Shown: piece after piece, positions 52,803 to 64,000 of the stretch | Position numbering within the stretch: the first letter of the stretch is position 1 | Layout of the letters: the number at the start of each line of letters is the position of its first letter | Assembly: GCF_002105155.1 (NCBI RefSeq) | Contig: NW_019028998.1 | Coordinates: 186,001-250,000 of the forward strand | Source: Lobosporangium transversale | Lineage: Eukaryota | DNA: 64,000 nt | Direction: 5' to 3' | Program-made: the position numbers and the translations under genes | The notes under the pieces: generated by a model | The model's input: only the letters and a program-made list of their open reading frames with translations | Databases searched by the model: none | What the model was told of the DNA's origin: nothing

Positions 52803-55206
52803 GATGGCGATGAACTTAATTGACTCCTTGCAGATGGGACAGATGGTTTTGATGTATTGCCAAGGAAACCAAAAGGAATGAAGAGTGATTAAAAAGAGAG
52901 GCGGCTATCAAGTCATTATAAGGAAGGGTGATGAGTTTTAACAGAGCAAATCGAGAGTAAGCATTTGACTGCTATTCTTCTAAGAGTGCTGGCGTTGAGT
53001 ACATTCAAAAGAAGATAGCAGATGGAAACATGGGTTAAAAATGCTAATGGTCTTTACTTTTGCTCCACCTAATATGGGTGGGTGGCGTGTTACTGTCTCT
53101 GTTCGTTAGGTAGTAACAACTAGGTTTATCTATTCGAATCCAAAGGTTAATAGAACGAAGTTACACTTTTTTTTTTGTGGATGAGGTAAATGAGGGGTTG
53201 AGTGAAAACAAGAATGATTAGTGAAAAAGAGCAAAAGGAGAATAGTTAATGAAAAAGAGCAAAAAGGAATTTTTTTTTTCTCCTTTCTTTAACTGTGCGG
53301 TGATGACTTGACAATTGACAATGCAGGAAAGTTAACCAAGGTGGCCCAGTGACAACACAGAATATCCACGTGTATTCCAGTAAAAGCTGCACGATGATGC
53401 ATACTTTGTCAAGGCCCCCTCTCCCTAATCTCGCCTTTCCACATTTGTTATTGACCAGTTCCAATTGGCTCACGAAGAAGATGCATGTTCTATGGTACAA
53501 ACTGCAGACATTTACACAAATAATGTTGATAGAAAGTAAATCCCTGCTTTTAGACCATATTCGAAAGGTCTTCCCCCCTTTTTCTTGACCTTCTAAACAA
53601 CGAGGGTAGACACTATCAAAAAAGTACATGTACATGTACATTGAACTAATGAAGCCATATTTTCTCTAAAACATCAAGGATACATATGATATGGTCTCGG
53701 TGAATGGCGCGCGTTCAAGGGGCTTCACAACTTTGTGAGCATATTTTGAGTCGTACAAAAAAACATTTCCATCTTTTCTTTTCACATACCCCTGCATTGA
53801 TAAATGCCAATGTGATTGAAGCTTCTGCAGAAGAAGTGGCTGTACCAAACAGACCATGATTAAAATATTAGAACCAACATATTCATGTATAGTTTTCTAT
53901 ACATACACAATTTGTTTGTGGGTGGAAGTTTGCTTGTATTCAAGTCTCGTGAGCTTGCTATAGCTCATAAAAAAATAAGCTATTTCTTCTTTGTGACCAA
54001 GGGCTTCCTCAAAAGAATAAATGTTCATGAAAAAAAATACAAAAGTTGCATGAGGCGATCTGTTGGCTCGTTACCCAGCATCATCAGCCCTCAGAGTCTC
54101 GCTAATGAAGTTGAGCACTGGGGTTTTTGCAGCTCCTAAACTTCCTAGAGATCATTTCTCTACAAGGACTCGTATAAAAATACATTATCATTATCACCAT
54201 CAGGAGAAGTATAACCGCCATCATAATATGAAGCGACAGATATTATGGTTCAAATTAAAATTTCAATTCAGCCCATTTACGTAGCTATTGGGGTTCAGTT
54301 TCATCAGTCCATTTGGCTCATGTCTAGTCCATCAAGAATTCAGTTATGGAAGCATTCTCTTAATCCGCTATTGGCTATTGAGCTAAACTACAATCAAGAT
54401 AAAACGAACGTAAACAGTAAGCATCAGTAGTAATCATTGTATGACACTCGTTCGACGCCAAAGTATTGGCACTCTCTTCGTATAATACCACCAACTGCTT
54501 GAGCTCCAAAAGACCTGAAGATAGTGGCTCGTTAAGAAAACATTCTTGGCCATTTCATTTGCAGAAGATAGTGAATGTATTAGTTGATTTGTTTAAGTTG
54601 CCATCAAATTAGTTCAATCTTGCAATGGACTTTATATGAACATCAAGCAAAACGTTCAAATCTATGAAACTTAACATTTGATTCAAAGGCACATCAGAAG
54701 TGACAACTTCAAGGTCAGAATCGGAAAGATGGTGCTCATGAAATGATACTGGTATGAAAGGCAGGAGTGCTGTTAAGTCGCTTACTGAAGCGGAGAATAC
54801 CCTCCAAATAATGCGGCTGTTAAAAGCAATATTTGTCATAACCACAAGAAAAAAGTCGGATGTAGACATAACTAGTTCGATGGAATGAATGGTTCACGGA
54901 TTAAGTGCTCCTAAGAGTTCAGATCGCTTTTTATGTGGTATGAATATTATTAGTGAGATTACCGAGCAGTTACATTACTAGGATCACATGAAACGAGAGG
55001 GTCCTCTTACTGTGTTCATTGTTAGTTGCGCTTTTCAAGCTACTTGTAAAAAGTTTTTCACGAACAAGTTTTCATATTACCGATCAATAACGCGATAGGC
55101 CCCTTTACATGTATAATGACTCTTATGAATTAAAGTGGAATGAGGTATTTTAGTATTAATCTCGTACGCTCGAGTTCATGTTTATTAATTGTATAGTTGT
55201 ATCAAT

Positions 55207-55847
55207 TTACAGAGGGACCATAGCCAATCCCAAAGAGAGAAGTGCAAGAGTGCCTGTTGAAAGGGACATTTGGATAGCAGAAGCTCCACTTTTAACATCG
55301 TTGGTTGACGCTGGTGGAGATCCCGAGGTAGTGCTGGTATCTTTTGGTCGCTTTCCATCAGGCTTGTAATCACCCGAAACGATCCCAGGTCCAGTAGAGT
55401 TGGTTAGGGGGATGAGATTTCCACACATATTGTAGCTTGAGCCTGTAACAGCCATATACACAGATTTATGAAGGGTTTGTAAAAACTTACAGTTAGCAAA
55501 ACGCCAAACATTTATTCTTAGTCATAAAATATGAATAGTCATTTACCCTCAAAAGTCCTGTTGAATGCGTCCATGCTGACATCTTTTTGCTCACCGCCCT
55601 CCTTCGGTGTGCAGAGGCAAGAAACCTGGAACGAAGTACAGACAAAGTCGTTCGAAAATGTAGACTTGCAAGAGCTTGAGTAGGTGCTATTAGCACCACA
55701 TGCAGCCGGCACGGCACCACCAAGGCAGGCATCTTCTTTGTAAATGTTGCACCATGCAATGGGTAGTTTAGCGGGGTCCACAGGACCAACAGCAGACACT
55801 CCTACGGTAGCGATAGCCAAGGATACAATTGTGATGAAAAGCTTCAT
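55207..55847 (-). CDS. Small secreted Cys-rich protein, probably GPI-anchored
   Basis: Signal peptide MKLFITIVSLAIATVGVSA; Cys-rich domain; one intron with GCTAAC branch site; S/T/P stalk; KSGA then hydrophobic C-terminus LALLSLGLAMVPL. Confidence 0.8.
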
Positions 55848-56654
55848 AGTGGTCGTGGAGTATTGGATTTGGTAAAGGAGGAAGGAGAATAAGAAATAGA
55901 AAGCATTAAGATAAATTGAACTTGTGAATAGGTTTTTATATCCGCTTAGTTGGCGCAATTGATCGGATGTTTTCGTTATCAGATTCTTGAGAAATGATAA
56001 ACAATTAAAATTATCAGATCTTGAAAACCAATGGTTTTTGGTTCTGGAATTTCTTTTCAAAGAGCACAGTTGGGCGTATAGTAGTTGACCCAGATGAAGA
56101 AAATACTATAGCTGGCAATACCCCACTTTTAAGTTTAGTGCCGCAAATACACACGGTTTCTCTTCATGATGAGCCTTTCCAATATCTACTTGGACGTCAA
56201 ACAAACTCAGAGGTGTGCAATGTTCTATACTAAACTGAAGCTTTTTTTTTTTTTTTTTTTTTTTTTTCCTTGTGTCAAACATTGTTTATTTGGAAGACCG
56301 CTTTTGCATGTCACCTTTTTGCCGTGACCCATGAAAAACGACATTTTTGTATACAAATTATACATTATCACCTGGGAAAAACCGTTATCAAATGGTCTGC
56401 GGACACAATATGGTAGCCTCACCATCACTTGGCTATCTGCACCTTGAATGGCGACAGGATTGCGAAACAAAAGTCAACACATAGAGATGAGTTGCTATTT
56501 TTTAACGGCCCAGAAACATTTATGCAATAAGCATTGTCATGGCTAGACTACATCGGCTCTTCGTATAATGATATCGCCTCAGGAGCAACCCGGAAAAACG
56601 TATTTGGCACTCCATGAAACCAACTTTCTAAAAAGAGTGCTTGGAGGCAGAGCG

Positions 56655-59038
56655 GTTGGTTATTGCCGCGCTGTCAACAAGCTCCCGTTACCTCCTGCTT
56701 TCGTGTCCGATACCTCTACTCTTCTACAAAGACATACCCGTCCTTGCTGAAGGCTTGGAGGTAGAATGATCAACGGATGTTCGTGTACAAAATTACAAAC
56801 GCTGTGACCCGCCATCACACTGCGATAACAGAATGCTTGGCACAGAGTGCATATAACCCTTTTGGTTTAGCTATAATAGATAATTGAGGGAATGAGCAGG
56901 TAGGAGAGGGAGAGTGTCAACCAGCATTCATTAGTTATCGACAGCTTATTTATAATCCCCTAGTTCGTATCACTTCTAGGGCGGGGATATTATTAGTGCA
57001 GTTGCTTTTTGAGGTGGTATAGGCACTATGGGCTACAGCCCTTGTAGATCCAAAAGCTCTAGGTAAGCTGTTGAGGCCGTACTTCAAAACCTCACTTCCT
57101 AAGGTAGGCCATCAAGGGCCTTCAACGGTTTGGCAGATAAGTGCATCACAGTTCTGGGCGGGAATAACGTTCGGGTCTTAACAGTTTTTTGTAATTAGCA
57201 CGCCTGCTTCAAATCCATATTCTCTGCCCGTTCAGCTGTACCAGAGGAGGCATGTCGCAAGCGTATACTGCGGACCCAGCGGCCAGTAGCCAGGTTCGAT
57301 AAGGTTTTTCATTTTGCTCATGTAGAGATATTCCTTGACCCTTGCATTTTCTCTTATGTTTCTAGTTCCTTAAGGCACTTTCCGGTACGCCTAAGCGCCT
57401 GAACCCTCTTTGATGCGCTTACGGTGAATTGCCTTTTCACTAGCTTCGGTACCGCTCAGAAACAGAGCAGTATTTCAGATGCTAAAGTCCGCCTTGACTC
57501 GCCTTTGTTGGCATGGGTAATATATATCTTACCGCAAAGTGGCGTATACTTTCCGGATACTCATGAAAAAGCACGTCTGAATGTTTACACAAACACGATA
57601 TCATCAAAATTTGACCGAATCCATATCTAGGACCAGAGTTAAATTTTTGTTTAGAAATGGCTACGAACAAGGGGTGGTCCTATACATATATATTGCAAAA
57701 GGCCCCTTCAACGAAGCTTCATAGCGACGTCCTAGGCTCTTTGGTTTCATCTCCTTAGGTAGCTATATTTGGTTTATATAGCACAGGCAGGGATCGGTGA
57801 TGGAGACCATAACCTTTCCTTTGAAAAAAGTGTCCAAAGGCTATGGATACCTATCTTCTACTCGTGAATGTGCAGAGTGAATAATAAGGATACTTTCCAA
57901 CTTTCTATATGCTTTGATTAAGAAGGTTAACTCAGCCCTACTGTAATTATTTAATCCTACTATAGGCGTCAAGAAAGCTAAGACTCAAAACAGTCAATAG
58001 TGCACTCTACTGAGTCTCATTGCAATTGTCAAAAGAAAAGGAAAGATAAGCGTCGATGGTGATATCATCTATTCAATACTGAACAGTGGTATATGTGCGT
58101 GATAATCTTTTACAGTGAAATGGTGTGAGGTGCTTGGATGCCAAAGAGAGCCGCAAACCCACAATCCAACAGTCAGACGCTTTCAACGATAAATATTACA
58201 AAAACCATATTGCGCTCTGTGAACAGCCGTGATTGATCAAGGAAGAAAGTCGATTTTTTGACCAACACATGCGAAATTATCTATTATAGCTAAACCAAAA
58301 GGCATATACAATTGAAGCAAGCATTCAGCCGTTATCGCCAAATAGCATAACTGCTGCGCCAAAGTGAAGATGAGAGACGGCACGAAGACGTGAGGCAACA
58401 AGGAGAACCATATAGAGGTTAGTCCAATCGAAACGAGCACTGCGGCAGGGAAGTTGGCCCTCTCCATTGGCTACGGTCCTAATTCAAACAGCATCAATAT
58501 AACAGGACCCTCTAGAGCTGATGAAGCTGTACAGATGGAAGAAATATCAAGAGCAACTCAAGAGGTCCAAAGATGAGATGCGTCCAAAAATGCGATCCCA
58601 AAAAGGACAAAGAGGTGAAATAGGGAAGAATAAACTAGAGGATGTAGGTAGGAAAGGGCTGTCGTCAACCGATCGACGCATCTGATCACAACACTCGATA
58701 GCGGGACATTGAAGGCAATCGCTGATAAAGCCTCGAATGATCGCGTAGAGGTTGTTCGTTTTGGCTTTTGAGAGGTCATTGTTGGTGTAAGTGAGCTCCA
58801 TGTTTCCAAGGAGTGCCTAGAGTAGCAGAATTATGGTTATATGCACTCTGTGCCAAGCATTCTGTTATCGCAGTGTGATGGCGGGTCACAGCGTTTGTAA
58901 TTTTGTACACGAACATCCGTTGATCATTCTACCTCCAAGCCTTCAGCAAGGACGGGTATGTCTTTGTAGAAGAGTAGAGGTATCGGACACGAAAGCAGGA
59001 GGTAACGGGAGCTTGTTGACAGCGTGGCAATAACCAAC
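56655..59038. repeat. 204-bp near-perfect inverted repeat (56655-56858 / 58835-59038) around a 1976-bp spacer
   Basis: Base-by-base comparison shows one mismatch in 204 bp (GCCgCGCTG vs GCCaCGCTG). No TSD in the outer flanks; no long ORF inside. Confidence 0.93.
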
Positions 59039-59685
59039 TTGTAGTTCCAGCCATATGTTTCACAAATGCAGCAGTAGTCTTTTTTTTGGGGGATCAATTA
59101 TATTATTGATACCATTTTGAGAAAGAAAGAAGTTCCCACGGCGTGCTTTGGTATAATTGGTCGGCTGAGGATGAAAGTAGCCCATGTTTTGAGAGCCATA
59201 AATATATTCATTGAGAGCACATCTGTGATGAAAGAAAACCAGTGGCTTTGAATGACACGATGATGAGGGGAACACGCGCGGCAAGTGAGCCTAGGCTGAA
59301 AGCGAAGGTCGTGTTCATTTCCTTTTCGGTGCAACTTTCTGTTCTTTCTTCACTTGTCTTTATCCATATTCTTTGGCCCTTAAAGTATATATAAATAGTC
59401 ATGGGTCCACCTCCTGTCGCTTTTTTTTTCTTTTTGTTTCTTATTTTTATTTTCTCACCCTTTTGTTTTAACGTTACCTCTTCATCACCCACTCATTCCT
59501 CCTCTTTCTCACAGTTCTCTGGCGATCAAGAAGACGCGAGCGTTATTGTTGAGAACTTTACGTACTCACCATACAGCCAGAATCGCAAGACTCATCAACA
59601 TCAGCAAGCCTTCGCTGCCCCAATCTCTTTACCCCAATTTACATTTAATTCAACAGATCCCACAGATCCATCAACTCATTCTACC

Positions 59686-62600
59686 ATGTGCAATAAAGCT
59701 GGCTCGAATCCCAACAGAGTGGTCCTTCCCACTAATGTCACCCCTTCGCATTATACTCTCACTATCACGCCCGACCTCAACGAATTCACATTCACCGGAT
59801 ATGTCGAGATTGAGTAAGTTGGTTCCAGCCTGGTCTTTTGTTTTGAATTAGGCCTGATAGAATTCCTAGCATCGTCCCACGATAATATGTTTCCATGTTC
59901 CGAAAAAGACAAGTGTTTAAACAACGGAATTTGAGTCGTGGGTCTGGAAGGACGGGCAATAGATTGAAGAAATCAACATTGATATTGATGGTGATTGCTT
60001 CACATTTTTCGAATTGGTTATTGGGAACATTTTGCTTGATGGAAAGAACACGCAAGAGAAGATATTTGTGAGCATTGGGTGATGAAGGCAACGGTGCTTC
60101 CTCAATCTTGACAACAATATTTAAAGCTTGAGTCTCTTGGTCACGTTGGTGTTTCTCCTGAGGCGCTACATCGGCTCCTTGATATAACGATCAGCAAATA
60201 TAACGCGAATATCTTTTCATTTGCGAGAATTGTTTCCTCAAATGATGACGATTAGTTAACATTGAGTTTCTTCCTCGCATTCATCGTATTGTATAACTTT
60301 AGTTTAACTATTCATGAGGCTACTAAGACCGTAAAGCTCAATACCAAGGACCTGACCATCAAAACTACTAGCATCGAGGTCGACGGAAAATCGTAAGTAT
60401 CATACACATCTGATACAATGGCAATTGAGATCAATTGGTCATAGAAAATAGATGACAGACTAAATTCCCTTACTAAAATCCAAGTATTTGTGCTTACATA
60501 TTGACAGCTACGAGCCTGTCTCTACCGATCATGACGAACACCATGACACCACTACTTTCACCTTTGATACAGACCTTTCCAAGGGCGCTGCTATCCTCCG
60601 CATCCGCTATGATGGCATTTTGAGCGATAAGATGGCTGGATTTTATCGCTCTTCCTATAAGGATGCTGAGGGTAATACGAAATACATGGGTGTTACTCAG
60701 TTTGAAGCCACTGACGCCCGTCGCGCCTTCCCTTGTTGGGACGAACCCGCTGCCAAAGCCACATACACGATCTCATTGGTTGTTCCTACTGAGTTGGTGG
60801 CACTCTCCAACATGCCTGTCTCTTCAGTTACCCAAGTTGAGCCTGAGCAGAAGACTGTTAACTTTGAAAAGACGCCCATTATGTCGACCTACGTATGATT
60901 CTTATTCAGAACTTTTGTGAGTTTATATTTACAAGGCTGTTCCTAAACTAACCTCCTAAAATGACATCTTTCAATTTTATATCTGTAGCTTGTCGCTTGG
61001 GCTGTGGGAGAATTCGAGTATATTGAGACAACTACTACCAAGCTTGAAAAGCCTGTTACATGCCGTGTTTATACTCTTCCCGGCCTGAAGGAGCAAGGCC
61101 GTTTTGCTCTCGAAATCACGCCCAAGGTTCTGGAGTATTTCTCTGAGATTTTTGGAACCGCTTATCCGTTGCCTAAGCTTGATCATCTCGCCGTTCCGGA
61201 TTTTGATGCCGGTGCAATGGAGAACTGGGGTCTTGTTACTTATCGTACTGTCGCTCTCCTCTTTGATGAAAAGACTTCAGACTTGCGTTTCAAGGAGCAA
61301 GTAGCTGTTACTGTCGCTCACGAAATCGCTCATCAGTGGTTTGGAAACTTGGTTACCATGGAATGGTGGGATCATCTATGGCTCAACGAGGGATTTGCTA
61401 CCTGGGTCGGGACATTGGCCGTTGACCACCTTTTCCCTGAGTGGGACACCTGGTCAACATTCGTTGTTGATGATATGCAGCGGGGTATCGGTTTGGATTC
61501 GCTTCGCAGCTCTCATCCTATTGAGGTCCCAGTTAACGATCCTCATGAAATTCATCAGATCTTTGATGCCATTTCTTATTCTAAGGGAGCATCTGTGATT
61601 CGTATGTTGAGTAACTGGTTGACTGTCGATGTCTTCTTAGCTGGAATTCGTCGCTATTTGAAGAAACATGAGTATGAGAATGCAACAACCGATGATCTTT
61701 GGAATGCTCTTTCCGAGGAATCAAAGATCGATGTTCGTGAATTTATGAACACTTGGACGCGTGTGATTGGTATTCCAATCTTGAATGTCACAGAAACCGA
61801 TGGCCTTGTTACGGTTGAGCAACACCGTTTCTTATCCACTAATGACGTCAAAGCTGAGGAAGATGAGACCATCTGGTGGGTTCCTCTTGGTGTTCATCCT
61901 AAGCCAGCTTCTATTGTTGACCCTAACCAGACTCTCAAGAGCCGTTCCCTTTCTTTTGAGATCCCTGAAGGCGCCTACCTATTCAACAAGCACTACAGTG
62001 GTGTTTTCCGCACCAATTACCCCCCCAGTACCATTAAGCGCATCGGCAAAGCCATCTTGGAGGGATCGGATTTAGTCGGATTGAGTGATCGTGCGGGCCT
62101 TGTTGCTGATATCGCCTCCTTGTCCAAGTCTGGTCACACTGCTACAAGCAACTTCCTAGACCTTGTACAGTACTACAAGAATGAGGAAGCTTACGTCGTA
62201 TGGGAGCTCCTTGCCAATCGTGTTGGCGAGATTGCTTCAATTTTTGCTGATGATGAGCGTATCAACCAGGGTATTAAGCACTTCCAGCGTAATTTGGTTG
62301 ATCGAATGGTCAGCAAGCTTGGATGGGAATTCCCCGAGGGCGAGGATTATCTGACCAGCCGTCTTCGAAACGTTATCTTACGTTCTGCAGGTCGCGCTGG
62401 TCACGAGGCTACTGTTGCTGAGGCAAAGCGTCGCTTTGCGTTGTTTGTTTCGGACCCGGCTCATGATTCGATCCTGCATCCCTCGATCCGCCAGACTGCT
62501 TTTGAAATTGTCCTTTCTCAAGGTGGGGAAGAGGAGTTCCGTCATGTTCTCAAGTATTTCCACGCAGCACCCAAACAAGATCAGCAAGTCATTGCTCTCT

Positions 62601-63004
62601 TAGCTCTAGGATTTGTACAGCAACCTGAGTTGATTGCTGAGGTCCAAGCCTTGGCAATTTCGGAGTCCGTCCGTCCTCAAGATATTTTCTATGTCCTTGC
62701 TGGTCTCTCCGCCAATCCTGCCTCGCGACGCCCTACTTGGGAGTGGGTCAAGGCTAACTGGACCACCCTTGCTAATCGTTACAAGTCATCAATGTCCATG
62801 CTAGGTGCTTGTGTTAAGTATCCTTTATCTCAATCCTCAGATGCGTCGCTCATCAAAGAGGTCAAAGAGTTTTTTGCTGATAAAGATACCAAGGACTTCC
62901 AGCGTGCTCTCGATCAAGCGTTGGAAGGCTTGGACATCAATTCTGCCTGGGTTGCTCGTGAGCAGCAAGGTCTTTCTGAATGGCTATCTGCTAACAACTA
63001 CTGA
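59686..63004 (+). CDS. APE2: M1 family (puromycin-sensitive/Ape2-like) aminopeptidase, four exons
   Basis: LPTNVTPSHY, GFYRSSY, TQFEATDARRAFPCWDEP, GAMENWGL, HEIAHQWFGNLVTMEWWDHLWLNEGFA (HEXXH-X18-E), FDAISYSKG. Introns ~59814-60302, 60393-60507, 60893-60988. Confidence 0.95.
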
Positions 63005-64000
63005 AAAAATTCTCTAGATTTCATTATGCTGTTTGACCCCTCCACAAAACACACTGACTAACATGTAAATAAAAAATTTGATTCAAAGATGCAGCTTCAT
63101 TGTTATTAATAGTGTGACAAAAAAAGTTTTCTATGATTGAAAGTTATCCTTGCGTTTGGAATACTTCAGTGACATTTTCGATGAGTCGGCAATTGTAGCA
63201 TAAACAGGCTTCATCAATGGTCGCCTTATGATAATTTCTGTCCTGTCCTCCTGCAGCATGTGGATTGCAGCTTCTATGCGGGGCATTTTAAGTGCGCAAG
63301 CGGTGGGTTATATATCAAGATGGTAATGGCTTTCTTTACTTCTTTTTCACTTATTGTTCCTCGTCATCCATGGCGTACAATGCTGTGTACATCTTGACCA
63401 AAGAGTTGTATCCAGCCATATCTCCACAACGCAATAGATTTGCTATGGATGAAAATATGGCAAAAAAAAAAAAAAATTTAGAGGAAAGTATCAAATCGCC
63501 ACTATTTATAAGGAACAAATGTATTCAGTTACAAACCTGCATCACAATTCAGTGGACTGCTCGGTTCGGGATTCGTAAGGAGTGAGCTGATGGCGACGCA
63601 AACCGACTCTAAAGTCCAGGATGGAGTCCATTCTGATTTCAAGATATCCAAGCAGATCTCTCCAGTCTAGAAAATTCCAAACGGGATCAGAGCGTTTAAT
63701 ACGAAATAAAAGACGGAGCTTATTTGCTTGATTGCTGGCCTCTCTCAAGGCGGGGACCAAATTTAGGATCAGGACACACAACCTCGCGGAAGAGTGTTTA
63801 TGAAGCATGCCAAGACCAAAGTTTCAAATATCACTAAAAAAGCTGCCACTTCTTGCAAACATCGTTTGTATGTTGATTGGGTATTGCATTTCCATGGATC
63901 GGAGGGAGGTGGTTTAATATGCAAATTGTCCATTGCTCCATATGCACGCATAGATAAATAAGAAAGAGTCGCCCCAACAAAAATAGGGATGGTTACCATT

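Noticed and set aside
63542..63999. Two overlapping minus-strand ORFs at the right edge
   Set aside because: Truncated by the window and no recognisable domain; may be a gene end or pseudogene but cannot be called.

Overview
Intron-containing fungal genomic DNA. Gene content, long poly-A/T tracts in introns and the HRI-type kinase suggest an early-diverging fungus, probably Mortierellaceae (inference only). Most of the window is compact housekeeping genes: F-box/LRR-like, nucleotide-sugar transporter, COA4, two Qa-SNAREs, tRNase Z, HRI-like eIF2-alpha kinase, BTB protein, ORC3, DUF4449-like, LPD1, kelch-TM protein, flavin reductase-like, KHA1, a GPI-type Cys-rich protein and an M1 aminopeptidase. 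The main signal is that the two tRNA genes found (Trp-CCA 20563-20635, Ala-TGC 45547-45618) anchor transposon islands with the same layout. Upstream of each is a head-to-tail stack of 5'-truncated, poly(A)-tailed non-LTR retrotransposons of one family (RT + RNase H + CCHC), all antisense to the tRNA, with the most decayed copy outermost. Just past each Pol III terminator is the same TIR element (9-bp TSD at the Trp locus, Mutator-like), followed by a second, related TIR family. Both tRNAs share an upstream TCAG(G/A)ATG(A)TCACGTG motif plus a TATA-like element. This looks like a tRNA-gene-targeted mobile element system, on both flanks, reminiscent of Dictyostelium TRE5. Other oddities: a 204-bp near-perfect inverted repeat without TSD, a candidate non-AUG mitochondrial extension of tRNase Z, and a candidate signal-bearing long isoform of the aminopeptidase. 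All alignments and exon boundaries were read by eye; no searches were run.
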